From contig OZ024743.1 in NCBI GenBank assembly GCA_964016885.1, forward strand, positions 193,316,001-193,380,000: a stretch of DNA of 64,000 nucleotides. The letters run 5' to 3'. Within the stretch, counting starts at the first letter, position 1; each line of letters begins with the position of its first letter. Origin of the DNA: Eledone cirrhosa (Eukaryota). The notes under the pieces are model-generated. The model was not told where the DNA came from, made no database searches, and was given only the letters and a program-made list of their open reading frames with translations. The position numbers and the translations under genes were made by a program. Shown one piece after another: positions 11,540 to 23,870 of this stretch.

Positions 11540-14428
11540 CAAGACTACCACCCTGAAAGGATCTGGCAAAATTGTACAGCTATTAGAGAGCAGAAAAGTG
11601 GATGTATGCTGTGTAAAAGAGGTGAAATGGAGAGGTGCCACAGTGAGATTATTCAGTCAAACAACATAGATACAAACTTTATTGGGTAGGAAATGACAAT
11701 GGGATAGGTGGTGTAAGCATCCTATTAGCTGAGAAATGGATAGATAAGGTGATAGAGGTAGTTAGAATGACAGGATTTTCAAGCTTAAAATAGCTGTAGG
11801 AAATAGAATGGTGACAATTACATCTCCCTATGCTCCACACACAGGACTTAGTAAAGAAAAAAGTACAGGTCCTATGAGGAACTTTTACAGACAATTTTAG
11901 GTATTGACAAAAGAGACCTCATCATCCTGGCAAACAACTTTAATGGACATGTTTGACAGTACCAAGATGGATTCAGCAGAGTTCACGGTGACTCAAGAAA
12001 TAAAGAGGGAGTGAGGCTCCTGGAATTTGTGATGCAAATGAACAGACCTTTTACAACACAAATTCCAGGAAACCGACTAACCATCTGATCACATATCAAT
12101 CAGGCGAACACAAAAGTCAAATTGATTTCTTATTTGTAAGACGAGATAAATGGACTGTAATAAATGCTAAGGCCTTCTCTTGGGAAGAATGTGCCCCCAA
12201 CACAAGTTGGTTGTTAGTGACATCAGAATAAACACAAGACAGAACAAGATATGCAGGAAAATATGGAGACAGAGGGTTTTGAAACTAAAGGACCTTTCAG
12301 TTAAATATAGGTTTAGAAAGACCCTATGAGATGTATTTGGTGAGAAAGGTGATGAGCTAGATACATAAAACGCAGAGGACAATTGGGAATACTTGTGTGA
12401 CAACCTTCTTCTAACTACTGATGATACTTGTGGCTGGAGTCAAGTGTCTGCCAGACAAAGAGTGACCTGGTGGTGGAACAGCAGTGGATAGAGCCATTAA
12501 AGCCAAGAAACAGGCATGGAAAGACTAGAAAAATGGGGGAGGGGGAGCAGAGACCAGTACCAGGTGGCTAAGACAGAAGCTAGATAATAGATATATATAG
12601 CTTGGAGAAAGGCTGAAAAAAGAAAGTTTGCCAATATATTCAGATGTGAGGATCAGAGATGTGAAGTGTTCTGCATTGTAAGGCAGTGTGTCAGTGCAAA
12701 TCAGGATGTTGTTGAGGAAAAGTGTTAGCAATGTTACTGAGTGACTGGTGAATGTAGAAATGAATTGGAGGAGAAGAGACTACCCCAACCAGCTATTGAA
12801 GTTGACAGTTATAGGGTTAAAGAAGTAATCAAACAGATGAAGAATGGTAAAGCTGTTGGGAACATCAGAGGTAGTTGCTGAGATGCTAAAAGCCTTGAGA
12901 GAAGTAGGAGTCAAACTAGTAACCCACATAGTTAATCAGGTAATACAAGACGAAGTCACACCCAATGATTGGTGTAGCAGTACAACAGTAAATTGCTACA
13001 AAGGTGAAGCTCTACAAAGGAACAACTACAGACTATAATAAAGGAATAAAACTAATGGACCAAGTTATAAAAGTGACATAAAGAGTTATAGTACAGCTGA
13101 TTAGGGAAAGAGTCAAATTAGATGAGATGCAGTTTGGTTTCATGCCTGGGAAAAGTACTACAAATGCCCTCTTTTTTAGTGAGGTAACTAAAGAGAAGTT
13201 CCTAGCCAAGAATAAGTCGCTATATTTAGCTTTTGTTGATCTAGAAAAGGCCTTTGACAAAGTACCTCGTTTGATTATCTGGTGGTTCCTCAGGAAATTA
13301 GGTGTAGAGGAATGGCTTATGAGAGTGTTGCAAGCCATGTACAGAGTAAAGTGAGATTAGGAAGTGAGTTTAGTGAGAAATTCAATGTACAATTAGGAGT
13401 TCATCAGTGTTCAGTTCTTAGCCTACTGCTATTCATCATAGTTCTCCAGACCATAACAGAGGAGTCTAAGACTGGGTGTCTATGGGAACTTCGCTATGCA
13501 GATGATCTGGTCCTTATAGCTGAATCTATAAAAGAACTAGAGAATAAGTTCCGACTATGGAAACATAATTTGGAATCAATATCTGAGAGTAAACTTAGCC
13601 AAAAGTGCTAGTACATAGGAAAGAAGAAAGGGCCCTACTTAATATGTAGAAAAGGAGTAGGCGCAAACTCTAAGATGTACACAATGTAAATCCTGAGTAC
13701 ACAAGAGATGTAGTAGGATAACAGATAGACTAACAGCAAGGAAAGATTATATGTAGAAGATGCACAGGGGTAATCAAGGAGAAGAGTGTCAGTGATATAA
13801 ACCTATTCCAGTCACAAGAATGGTCCATAGAAGTGGTTGGTAGCTTCTGCTATCTAAGTGACTTAATTAGCAGCAGAGGAGGGTGCTCTGAGAGCATAAT
13901 AGCTAGAATAAGGATAAGATGAAAAAAGTTAAGAGAGATACCTACTGTTGACAAGAAAAGGTTTCTCCCTACATAAAAAAAGACAACTGTATGATGCCTG
14001 TGTGCGAAGTGAGATGCTGCATGGTAGTGAAACATGGGCTGTGACTGCAGAGTACATGTAGACTGGAGAGAAATTAAGCAGCCGTGCTTTGTTGGATGTG
14101 CAATATAAATGTGAGAGAAAGGCAGAGCTTGGATGAATTGAGGGAGAAACTGGGTTTAAGAGGAATTTGAGATGGTGTTCAGGAGAGGACTGCATTGGCA
14201 TAGGCATGTAATGCCAATGGATGATCATTGGTTGAAAAAGTCCCAGGAAATCCCAGTGGAAGGAAGCCACAGTAGACGTAGCCCAAGAAGAACCTAGGCA
14301 GAAGTGGTGAGAGCTGACCTCAAATTGCTGAGTCTCACAGAGAAGATGCGATGAGTGGAGAGATGCTGTACTGCAAAGGACCCATCCAACCCATGCAAGT
14401 GTGGAAAAACAAACGTAAAAATGATGAT
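11540..14428 (+). mobile_element. Old degenerate full-length RTE LINE (APE + RT + PHD remnants)
   Basis: Fragmented frames: TLKG...RKVDVCCVKEVKWRG, QFGFMPGKST, AFVDLEKAFD, ELRYADD. Ends acccatgcaagtgtggaaaa...atgatgat. Confidence 0.9.
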
Positions 14429-15039
14429 ATGACTGAAAATCAATGAAGGCTCTGGGGTCAACAGATTAAAAAATTAGAGAACCCGGCATTGCATAACACA
14501 ATACATCATCATTTAACATTCATTTTATCTGCTAGCAAGATTACATTATTTGATTTTTCTATAACATTAATGTATTGTTTGTTGAACTCAATGCACAAGC
14601 TGTCTGCTATTGCACTGTTTTAAGCCTTTAGTGACCATTTTTCTAAATATTGTTACTTCACTAAATGTATATCCATAAATCTTGAAAGTAATGAGAACAT
14701 TTCATGTATTTAGTGAAGTAACAATATATTTCATTAAGCTGACATTTGGAACACCACTTAAAATTGTTTATGTAAAATTATGAAAATCTATTTTTAATCT
14801 AACATGAGTCAGATGTTTTATTTACTGGAGAAATTGTTTTTCACAGCTGGATGCAACTATCTACTGAACCCTGAATTAGGAATAAAGCTCTGTGTATGTA
14901 TGTATGTGACAGTCAAGTAAACAATAGCAAATAGAGTAAGATGACATGCTTGGGGACAGCCCAACATGTAGTGTAGCATCTTAACATCACAGCTATTTGA
15001 AAACAACATAAAAAAAGATTACTTTCTTGCAAATATTGT

Positions 15040-15240
15040 TATTTACCCCAGGTCAGCCCTGATTAAACAGACCTTATGATCCAGCTATGTTCCACATGTA
15101 ACAATCTCATTTTTGTATATAAGATTTTACTATTGTCATTGTGCAATGAATCTTTTTGTCACATGGTAGGGTTTGACGCGAGACAGATTTGGTTATTTCT
15201 AGCAGACTGCGCAACCACCTAGTGGCTTCCTTGTTGGCTT
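15040..15240 (+). repeat. Old interspersed repeat, unclassified
   Basis: Motifs accccaggtcagccctgatt...gctatttctagca...cttgttggct recur at ~15725-15920 and 28970-29165, and reversed at ~27745-27850, 28780-28925 and 58195-58310. Confidence 0.6.
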
Positions 15241-15365
15241 GTGCAGATCATATGTATTATTTGCAAGAATTGAACATTGTTGCTAAGTAATCACATATGT
15301 TAGGCTTTATAGGTATTAGCGATCTATATTAACATATATGACTGCTGAGATTTTATCATAATCTT

Positions 15366-15500
15366 TTACTATTTTTGTCAATCTTTTGTTTTGTTACTAT
15401 TTTCAGCAATCTTTTATTTTGTTACTATTTTCAGCAATCTTTTATTTTGTTACTATTTTCAGCAATATTTCATACTGTTACTACTATTTTCAGCAACTTT
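15366..15500 (+). repeat. 29-bp tandem repeat (~4.5 copies)
   Basis: Unit tgttactattttcagcaatcttttatttt. Confidence 0.85.
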
Positions 15501-16462
15501 TCATATTAAGTATAGAAAATAATTCATTTATTTAACATAATGTATTCAATACATCCTATACAAACTAACAAACCAAGTGTTTTATAATATAAGATAAAAT
15601 ACATTACATAATAAAATAACTTTCAATAAGCTACATTAATTCCCTAATTATCTCTTAACAGAACATGACATAACAGCATAATCACAAATCAATGAATCAA
15701 TTGTATTTTCCTTATGGTTGTTGTTGTTTAACCACAGGTCAGCCTTGATTAAGCAAATGGATGGTGAAAATTATTCCTTCCGTGACAATCCCATCTTATT
15801 TTCTGACAGTGTGGCTACATAATCCAATGTGCCTTTCCATTTTTTAAACATGTGACATGAGTGATATTTGGCTACTATTTTCTAGCAAGTCAAGCAGCCA
15901 TGTAGCGGTTCTCTCATTGACTAGTTTTTTTAAGATTTTTTTCTTGTTCATTTGCCACATAATTAGTTGGGAAAGAGCATGTTTAAAATTCCATGCACTT
16001 TCCAGCTGCCAGTAATGATTTTCATTCCTGCCAGTATATTCAGCTGGAGAAAGGAACTAAGACCATATAGCAACAGACAAATCAGATACAAGAACGAGGA
16101 CATAATTTCCAGTTCCTTGTTCTATCAAATACTTTTTTATATCATTCTAATATATGAAGATAATTTCTCATGTTGAAGACAACATGCAAAGGTTTATTAA
16201 TATGTGTGCAAGCTTCTTTAATAGATGTTTAATAAACACTGCTTTGAATTGTTTGCCAGAGAAAGCAGAAAAGAAAAGCATCCTGATCAGAAAGATATAT
16301 GGCTAAGGACTAAAAGTAGTATAGTGAGTAACAACAAAAGAAAAGGAATAAAGAAATAAAAGTTAGAGAAAACAAAAGATGAAAAGTTGAGAAGATAGTG
16401 CCTGATGGATCATTTCTATGCCAAACCTAAAATACCTAGTTGGATTAAATGTATGGTGTATT

Positions 16463-17209
16463 CAGTAGTCCCTCGCTTAATATGGTTTCATTTCGCACAT
16501 TTTTCAAGTTAACAAGGCTTATAAATTGCAACCTGTTTTTATTTAACATGAATTTCCCATAACATAGTCCAAGCAACACTTTTATCAAGGTGTTCACTAT
16601 AGACAAGTGAATGAGCAGCATAATGTCAGCCAGCCAGTTGGCTGAACCAAAGTGGGAGGAGCTGTGGGCCAGTAATTGCCACTCATCCCAAATGCTCAAT
16701 CAACCAGTACAAGATATTGCAAATGATAACCCAATTTTATTTGTCAAGTTCTGGAAGAAATTCAAGATAAAAATTACAGTTGAAAATATTTGAGCCATGA
16801 CAGTGATTATAAAGAATATGAGAGCTGCATGAACACTTTTTCTTCATTGCACAAATGATTCTGTTGCGTTTAGCCAGCACATTACCCACAGTTATAGATG
16901 AAATTGCAGCGACTGGACATAAATTGATCAACACCAAGCCTATAAATAAGACAGTGACAAATGTACTGAAGGAGAAAGTGGTCCATAATGTAGCATGGAT
17001 TTGCAACAGTTTCAAATAATGTTTCACTTTACTGAAAGAAGCATGCAAGTCAGCCAAATAATAAGTAATGTTACAAAAAAAAGGTATTAAAATAAAACAA
17101 TTTTCAAACTACAGTAGATAAATTTTTGTAAAAAAAAAAATTTTAAGTTAAATTTTTTAAATACAATAAATATACATTTACAGGAATTGACCATGTTAAA
17201 TGAGGGATT
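16463..17209 (+). mobile_element. Tigger/pogo-like DNA transposon remnant
   Basis: Left TIR cagtagtccctcgcttaatatgg. Right TIR ccatgttaaatgagggatt (17191-17209), cut by the RTE insertion. Internal peptide FWKKFKIKITVENI resembles the Tigger DDE C-terminal region. Confidence 0.65.
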
Positions 17210-19269
17210 GGTGGTGGAACAGTAAGGTGGAGGGGTCAATTAAGGCCAAAAAGCAGGCTTGGAAAGTATGGCGGGATGGGGGAAGCAGAGAAGACTATCA
17301 AGTGGCCAGGAGGGAAGCTAGGAGACAAGTGTACTTCACAAGAAGGGAAGCAGAGGAAAGAAAGTTCAAGCATGTTCTACAACGTGAGGACCAAAAACGT
17401 GAGGTGTTCAGGATTGCTAGGCAATGTGTCAAGGAAAACAGTGATATTGTCGGGGAGAAGTGTGTACTTAATGATGACGGCGTACTTGCCATCACCGACG
17501 CCGATAAGAAGGTAGCTTGGAAGTGTCACTATGAAAGGCTACTAAATGAGGAGAATAAATGGGAGAAAGACAGTCTCCCCCACATCGACCCAATAGAGGG
17601 ACCAGCAGTGTTAGTCGAGGGTAGTATAATAAGTAAGGCAATCAAAGATATGAAGACAGGCAAGGCGGCTGGGCCTTCGGAAATAGTTGCCGAGATGCTG
17701 AAGGCATCTGGTACGGTGGGACACACCATGGTCACCCGGATAGTCAACCAAGTCATACAGAATGGGGTTGTTCCGAAAGACTGGCGTAGTAGCATTATCG
17801 TTAACTGTTATAAGGGTAAAGGAGATGCCCTAGATAGGAGTAACTATAGAGGCATTAAATTAATCGACCAGGTCATGAAGGTCACGGAAAAAGTAATAGC
17901 GCAACTAATCAGAGAGCGAATTGATCTAGATGAAATGCAGTTCGGGTTTGTGTCAGGGAAAAGTACCACAGACGCTCTTTTCATTGTACGACAACTACAG
18001 GAGAAGTACCTAGCTAAAAGTAAACCCCTATACTTAGCTTTCGTCGACTTGGAGAAGGCCTTCGACAGAGTCCCCCGTTCCATTATCTGGTGGGCTCTTA
18101 GAAAACTAGGTGTTGATGAATGGCTTGTGAGAGCTATACAAGCCATGTATAAAGAAACAGTCAGCAAGGTTAGAATTAACAACGAATATAGTGAAGAGTT
18201 TAGTGTAAAAGTTGGTGTTCATCAGGGCTCTGTTCTTAGCCACCTACTATTTATTATTGCCCTCCAGGCTATAACAGTGGAGTTCAAGACCGGCTGCCCA
18301 TGGGAACTCCTATACGCAGATGATCTAACGCTCATAGCTGAAACAATGGCCGAGCTAGAGAAGAAATTCCAAACATGGAAGCATGGCCTAGAATCAAAAG
18401 GCCTTAAAATTAACCTGGCTAAGACTAAAGTTCTAGTTTGTAAGAAAGAAAATAAGGCGGCGGTCCCCTCCGGGAAGTGGCCATGCGCAGAGTGTAGGAA
18501 AGGCGTAGGTAGAAATTCCATTTTGTGTCCCAAATGCAAAGTTTGGGTGCATAAAAGATGTAGTGGGATCACAGGTAAGCTAGCTAAGAACATAGATTTT
18601 ACATGTGGCCGGTGTTCTGGGGCAATAAGTAGCAGCAAGTGCCCACGGAATACTAGCTCTTTCAACTGCGCAGAGGGTTCTATAGAAATAGTGGACAGCT
18701 TCCGTTACCTGGGTGACAAAATCAGCAGTGGGAGAGGGTGCTCTGAAAGTACAGTAGCTAGAGTCAGAACTGGGTGGAAAAAGTTCAGAGAGCTTATACC
18801 ACTATTAGCCGCTAAAGGGTTCTCCCTAAAAATGAAAGGCAGGCTGTACGATGCCTGCATACGAACAGCAATGTTGCATGGCAGTGAGACCTGGGCATTG
18901 TGTGCAGAGGATATACGCAGACTAGAGAGAAACGAAGCTTGCATGCTCCGCTGGATGTGTAATAGTAATATACGTGAACGACAAAGCATAAATGAACTAA
19001 GGAAAAAATTAGAAATAAGAGGGATCAGATGTTGTTTACTAGAGAGAAGGCTACGTTGGTATGGTCACGTGATGCGCATGAAGGACGATAGCTGTATAAC
19101 AAAGTGCAGGGCAATAAAGATAGACGGTAGCCACGGAATAGGCAGACCCAGAAAAACCGGGGACGAGCTGATAAACTCCGACCTCACACACTTACATCTC
19201 ACCAAGACAATGTCACTGGACCGAGACCTTTGGCGGTACTCAGTAATAGAGAAGACCCGCCTTACCTAA
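17200..19269 (+). CDS. RTE LINE reverse transcriptase, N-terminally truncated, with embedded PHD finger
   Basis: Open 689-aa frame with all RT motifs including YADD. The first three codons come from flanking DNA. Confidence 0.93.
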   Translation: MRDWWWNSKVEGSIKAKKQAWKVWRDGGSREDYQVARREARRQVYFTRREAEERKFKHVLQREDQKREVFRIARQCVKENSDIVGEKCVLNDDGVLAITDADKKVAWKCHYERLLNEENKWEKDSLPHIDPIEGPAVLVEGSIISKAIKDMKTGKAAGPSEIVAEMLKASGTVGHTMVTRIVNQVIQNGVVPKDWRSSIIVNCYKGKGDALDRSNYRGIKLIDQVMKVTEKVIAQLIRERIDLDEMQFGFVSGKSTTDALFIVRQLQEKYLAKSKPLYLAFVDLEKAFDRVPRSIIWWALRKLGVDEWLVRAIQAMYKETVSKVRINNEYSEEFSVKVGVHQGSVLSHLLFIIALQAITVEFKTGCPWELLYADDLTLIAETMAELEKKFQTWKHGLESKGLKINLAKTKVLVCKKENKAAVPSGKWPCAECRKGVGRNSILCPKCKVWVHKRCSGITGKLAKNIDFTCGRCSGAISSSKCPRNTSSFNCAEGSIEIVDSFRYLGDKISSGRGCSESTVARVRTGWKKFRELIPLLAAKGFSLKMKGRLYDACIRTAMLHGSETWALCAEDIRRLERNEACMLRWMCNSNIRERQSINELRKKLEIRGIRCCLLERRLRWYGHVMRMKDDSCITKCRAIKIDGSHGIGRPRKTGDELINSDLTHLHLTKTMSLDRDLWRYSVIEKTRLT

Positions 19270-19655
19270 ATACAAAGTAAAACCTACTACAGTCAGTAGG
19301 CATCTCTAACAAAATACACCCCCGTCCCACCACCCCCACCCCATCCACACCGCCCCCTTCTATGTAAAGTTATGTTGGTGCCACACCATCCAGGCCGAAA
19401 CAAATGAGATTGTGTAGGTGTCACGACAAAAAAACACAGTCCACGCTGTAATGTGGCCGTGTAGGCAACACGGTAAAAACCTCCCAGACCCACACTGTAA
19501 ATGTGGTTGGTGTTAGGAAGGGCATCCAACTGTAGAAAACCTGCCAGACAGTCCTATGCAAGTAAGACAATCACTCTTGCCTCAAGTGGGAAAACCCCCG
19601 TCCAAACCCATGCAAGCGTGGAACACGGACGTTAAACGTTGATGATGATGATGAT
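17209..19655 (+). mobile_element. RTE-clade LINE, young 5'-truncated copy 2
   Basis: Near-identical to copy 1 (about 7 aa differences in 680). (GAT)n tail at 19641-19655. Confidence 0.95.
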
Positions 19656-20239
19656 ATTCAAGCCACTTAACATATTACTCAGTTTTATGCCAGGAAGCAA
19701 TCCTTAGAGATCTGGTACAGTTATATGATACATATGTGTATGTGCACATATATGTGTAATATAAACTGGATTATAAACCCAGATAAAAGTTTCATATGAT
19801 CACCTTTACAGTTATCAATATCAATAAGTGTAAAATGATGCCATCGACTACTACTGCAAATTACTTTGTTCATGCTGGACATAACACTGTTCGGGTAGAG
19901 AGATAAAAAATAAGTGTGTTTGAACTTCTTTCAGCTGAATAGCATGCACTATTTTTGACATTAGCAGATGAAAATAATTTCATCTCTGTAAAAGATGATG
20001 TGACAACTGACTGTATTGGTGTAACAGAGAATAACCAATCAAGACTTGGTCATGACACAGTGCCAAATCACTTGGAAAATGTTTTTATTATTTTTGTTGA
20101 TGTTTGCATCTCTCGCCAACATAAATTAATGAAAGGTACACACACATACATACAAAACTAGTGTCCACAATCAGATTCCATTCTTAGGGTAAGATTTGAC
20201 TTAAGACTATAAAAAAAAACAAGCATTTTCTCAAAGTAT

Positions 20240-23200
20240 TATCATCATCGTCATTTAACGTCTATCTTCCACACTAGCATGGATTTAGACAGGAATTGTC
20301 CCACTTGAGGCAAGATTTTCTACGGCTGGATGCCCTTCCTAACACCAACCACGTTTACAGTGTGGACTGGGAAGTTTTTACCGTGTTACCTACACGGCCG
20401 CATTACAGCGTGGACTGTATTATTTTTTTGTCGTAACACCTACACGACCTCATTTATTTAGGACTGGATGTTGTCGCACCAACATAACTTTACGGAGAAA
20501 GGAGTGGTGTAGATGGGGGTGGGGGTGGGGGTAGTGGTAGTGGGATGGGAGTGTATTTTTGGTTAAGAGATGCCTACTGCCTGTAGGCTTCGCTTTGTAC
20601 TTAGGCAAAGCGGGTCTTCTGTATTACTGTGAAGCACCAAAGATCTCGGTCCAGTGACATTGTCTTGGAGAGGTGTAAGTGTGTAAGGTCAGGATTTATC
20701 AAATCGTCCCAGGTTTTTCTGGGCCTGCCTACTCCGTAGCTTCCATCAATTTTGATCGCCTTGCACTTTTTTATACAGCTGTCGTCTTTCATGCGCATCA
20801 CATGACCATACCAACGAAGTCTTCTCTCGAGTAAACAGCATCTGATCCCTCTTATTCCTAATTTCTTACTTAGTTCATATATGCTTTGCCGTTCACGTAT
20901 ATTACTATTACACATCCAATGGAGCATGCAAGCTTCGTTCCTCTCCAGTTTGCGCAGATCCTCTGCACACAATGCCCATGTCTCACTGCCATGTAACATT
21001 GCTGTTCGTATGCAGGCATCATACAATCTGCCTTTCATTTTTAGAGAGAAGCCTTTAGCGGCCAATAGTGGTATAAGCTCTCTGAACCTTTTCCATCCCG
21101 TTCTGACTCTGGCTACTGTACTTTCAGAGCACCCTCCACCACTGCTGATTTTGTCACCCAGGTAACGGAAGGTGTCCACTATTTCTATAGAGCCATCTAG
21201 GCAATGGAAGGAGCTAGTATCCTGTGGGCACTTGCTACTACTTATTGCACCTGAGCACCGGCCACATATAAAATCTATGTTCTTAGTTAGCTTACTTGTG
21301 ATCCCATTACATCTTTTATGCACCCATACTTTGCATTTGGGACATAAAATAGAGTTTCTGCCTACTCCTTTCCTACACACTGAGCATGGCCATTTCCCAG
21401 AGGGGACCAGTGCCCTATTTTCCTTCCTAGATGCTAGAACTTTAGTCTTAGACAAGTTAATTTGAAGGCCTTTTGATTCGAGGCCATGCTTCCATGTTTA
21501 GAATTTCTTCTCTAGTTCAGCCATTGATTCAGCTATGAGCGTTAGATCATCTGCATATAGAAGTTCCCATGGGCAGCCGGTCTTGAACTCCTCTGTTATA
21601 GCCTGAAGGGCAATAAATAGGAGGGGGCTAAGGACAGAGCCCTGATGAACACCAACTTTTATGCTAAATTCTTCACTATATTCATTGTTAATTCTAACCT
21701 TGCTGACTGTTTCTTTATACATGGCTTGTATAGCTCTCACAAGCCATTCATCAACACCTAGTTTTCTAAGAGACCACCAGATAATGGAGCTGGGGACTCT
21801 GTCAAAGGCTTTCTCCAAGTCAACAAAAGCTAAGTATAGGGGTTTACTTTTAGCTAGGTACTTCTGTAGTTGTCATACAAGGAAAAGAGCATCTGTGGTA
21901 CTTTTACCTGACACAAACCCAAACTGCATTTTATCTAGATCAATTCGCTCTCTGATTAGTTGCGCTATAACTTTTTCTGTGACCTTCATGACCTGGTCAA
22001 TTAATTTAATGCCTCTATAGTTTCCCCTATCTAGGGCATCTCCTTTACCCTTGTAGCAGTTAATGATGATGCTGCTACACCAGTCATTTGGTATGACACT
22101 ATTCTGTATGACTTGGTTTACTATCCAAGTGACCATAGTGTGTCCCACCGATCCAGATGCTTTCAGCATTTCAGCAACTATCTCCGAAGACCAGCTGCTT
22201 TGCTTGTCTTCATATCTTTGATTGCCTTACTTATTATACTACCTTCAACTTGCACTGCTGGTCCCTCTATTGGATCGATTTGGGGTAGACTATCTTATTT
22301 CCACTTATTCTCCACATTTAGTAGCCTCTCGTAGTGACACTTCCAAGCTACCTTCTTATCAGTATCAGTGATGGCAAGTATACCATCATCATTACGGACA
22401 CACTTCTCCCCGACAATATCACAATTTTCCTTGACACATTGTCTAGCAATCCTGAACACCTCACGTTTTTGGTCCTCGCGTTGTAGAACATGCTTGAACT
22501 TTCTTTCCTCTGCTTCCTTTTTTGCAAGGTACACTTGTCTCCTAGCTTCCCTCCTGGCCACTTGATAGTCTTCTCTACTTCCCCCATACTTTCCAAGCTT
22601 GCTTTTTGGCCTTGATTGACTCCTACACCTTACTGTTCCACCACCATGTTACTCTCCTCCTGCCTATAGGTCTGCTCCAGCCACAGATTTCATCTGTCGC
22701 CTTCAGCAGATTAACTTTCAGGAATTCCCACTGTTCCTCTATACTGTACGTCTCTAATTGCTCTTCCTTACTGTCAAAAGCATCAAATAATATGCTTTTA
22801 AATTTGTTACTGGCTGTGGGGTCCTTTAACTTCCATATTCTTCTTCTCAGGGTAGTCCTCCTCTGTTGTCGAGTACGTCTCGTCCTGACTATGAGGTCAC
22901 TAACTATGATGCTATGTTGGGAGGTGCATTCTTCGTGGGGGAGGGATTTAGTGTTTACAACAGACACTTTGTCACGTCTTCTGGTAAGGATATAATCTAT
23001 CTGACTGGCATGGTCCCCTGATCTATAGGTGATCAAGTGATTGTCTCATTTTTTGAAGTTTGTGTTACAGATAGTTAGGTTATTAGCATCACAGAATTCC
23101 AGGATTCTGAAGCCTTCCTCATTTCTGGTACCAAACCCGTAGCCTCCATGGATTCCGTCATAGCCGTCACAATGTTGTCCAACATGACCATTTAGGTTGC

Positions 23201-23870
23201 CAGCAATAATTATGCAGTCACTGCCGGTTATTTGGGAGGTAGTGAGCATTAGCGACTCATAGAATATGTCTTTTATAACGCCAGGCAGTCCAGATTGGGG
23301 TGCATAAGCGGATATTATCACAGTAGTTCTATTTAGGACAAGTCTTATTTTGTTATTCTGTCGTTCACTCTATTTACGTCAATTACCTTATCTACCCATT
23401 TTTCTGCTAACATAATTCCTACTCCACCCAGCCCATTTTCATTTCCCACCCAGAAAAAGTTTATAGCATCGTTTTTTACCCACAATGAATCTAGCAGACC
23501 CACCCCTCCACCTATTCTCTTGGACACAACAAGCATCAACTTCCTTACGTTCAAGCATCTCTACAACCTCGTTAGAGCGACCTTTTAAAGTGCCTACATT
23601 CATGGTACCAACTCTGAAGTTTTGGATTTCGTTTGGTGGGTGGCAGGGATGGGTTGGAGGTGTAGGAAGGGGTGAGGGAGATGGGGTTATGTTTGCCATC
23701 CGCGTCTGAAATAAAGAGGAAACCTTGCAATTTCGTCCGGCAACATGAGGTGAATTTATCTTTATCTTTGACATTGTCATTTGAGTGTCCAGATTCTTCA
23801 TACTCTCCAGAATTCTATAGTCCATCTAGCATATCAACGGCAACCAGGTTTAAACTTAAGGAGTGATAGC
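20240..23870 (-). mobile_element. Near-full-length RTE LINE, frameshifted (APE-RT-PHD)
   Basis: Successive minus frames: RVGTMNVGTLKG, ISAYAPQ, AGNLNGHVG, SQIDYIL, QHSIIV, QGSVLSPLLF, YADD, PHD, WYGH. (CAT)n tail at ~20240-20253. The 5' boundary is approximate. Confidence 0.93.

Noticed and set aside
16737-17057. 106-aa hydrophobic ORF as a possible host exon
   Set aside because: Lies antisense within the Tigger-like remnant and has no recognisable domain.
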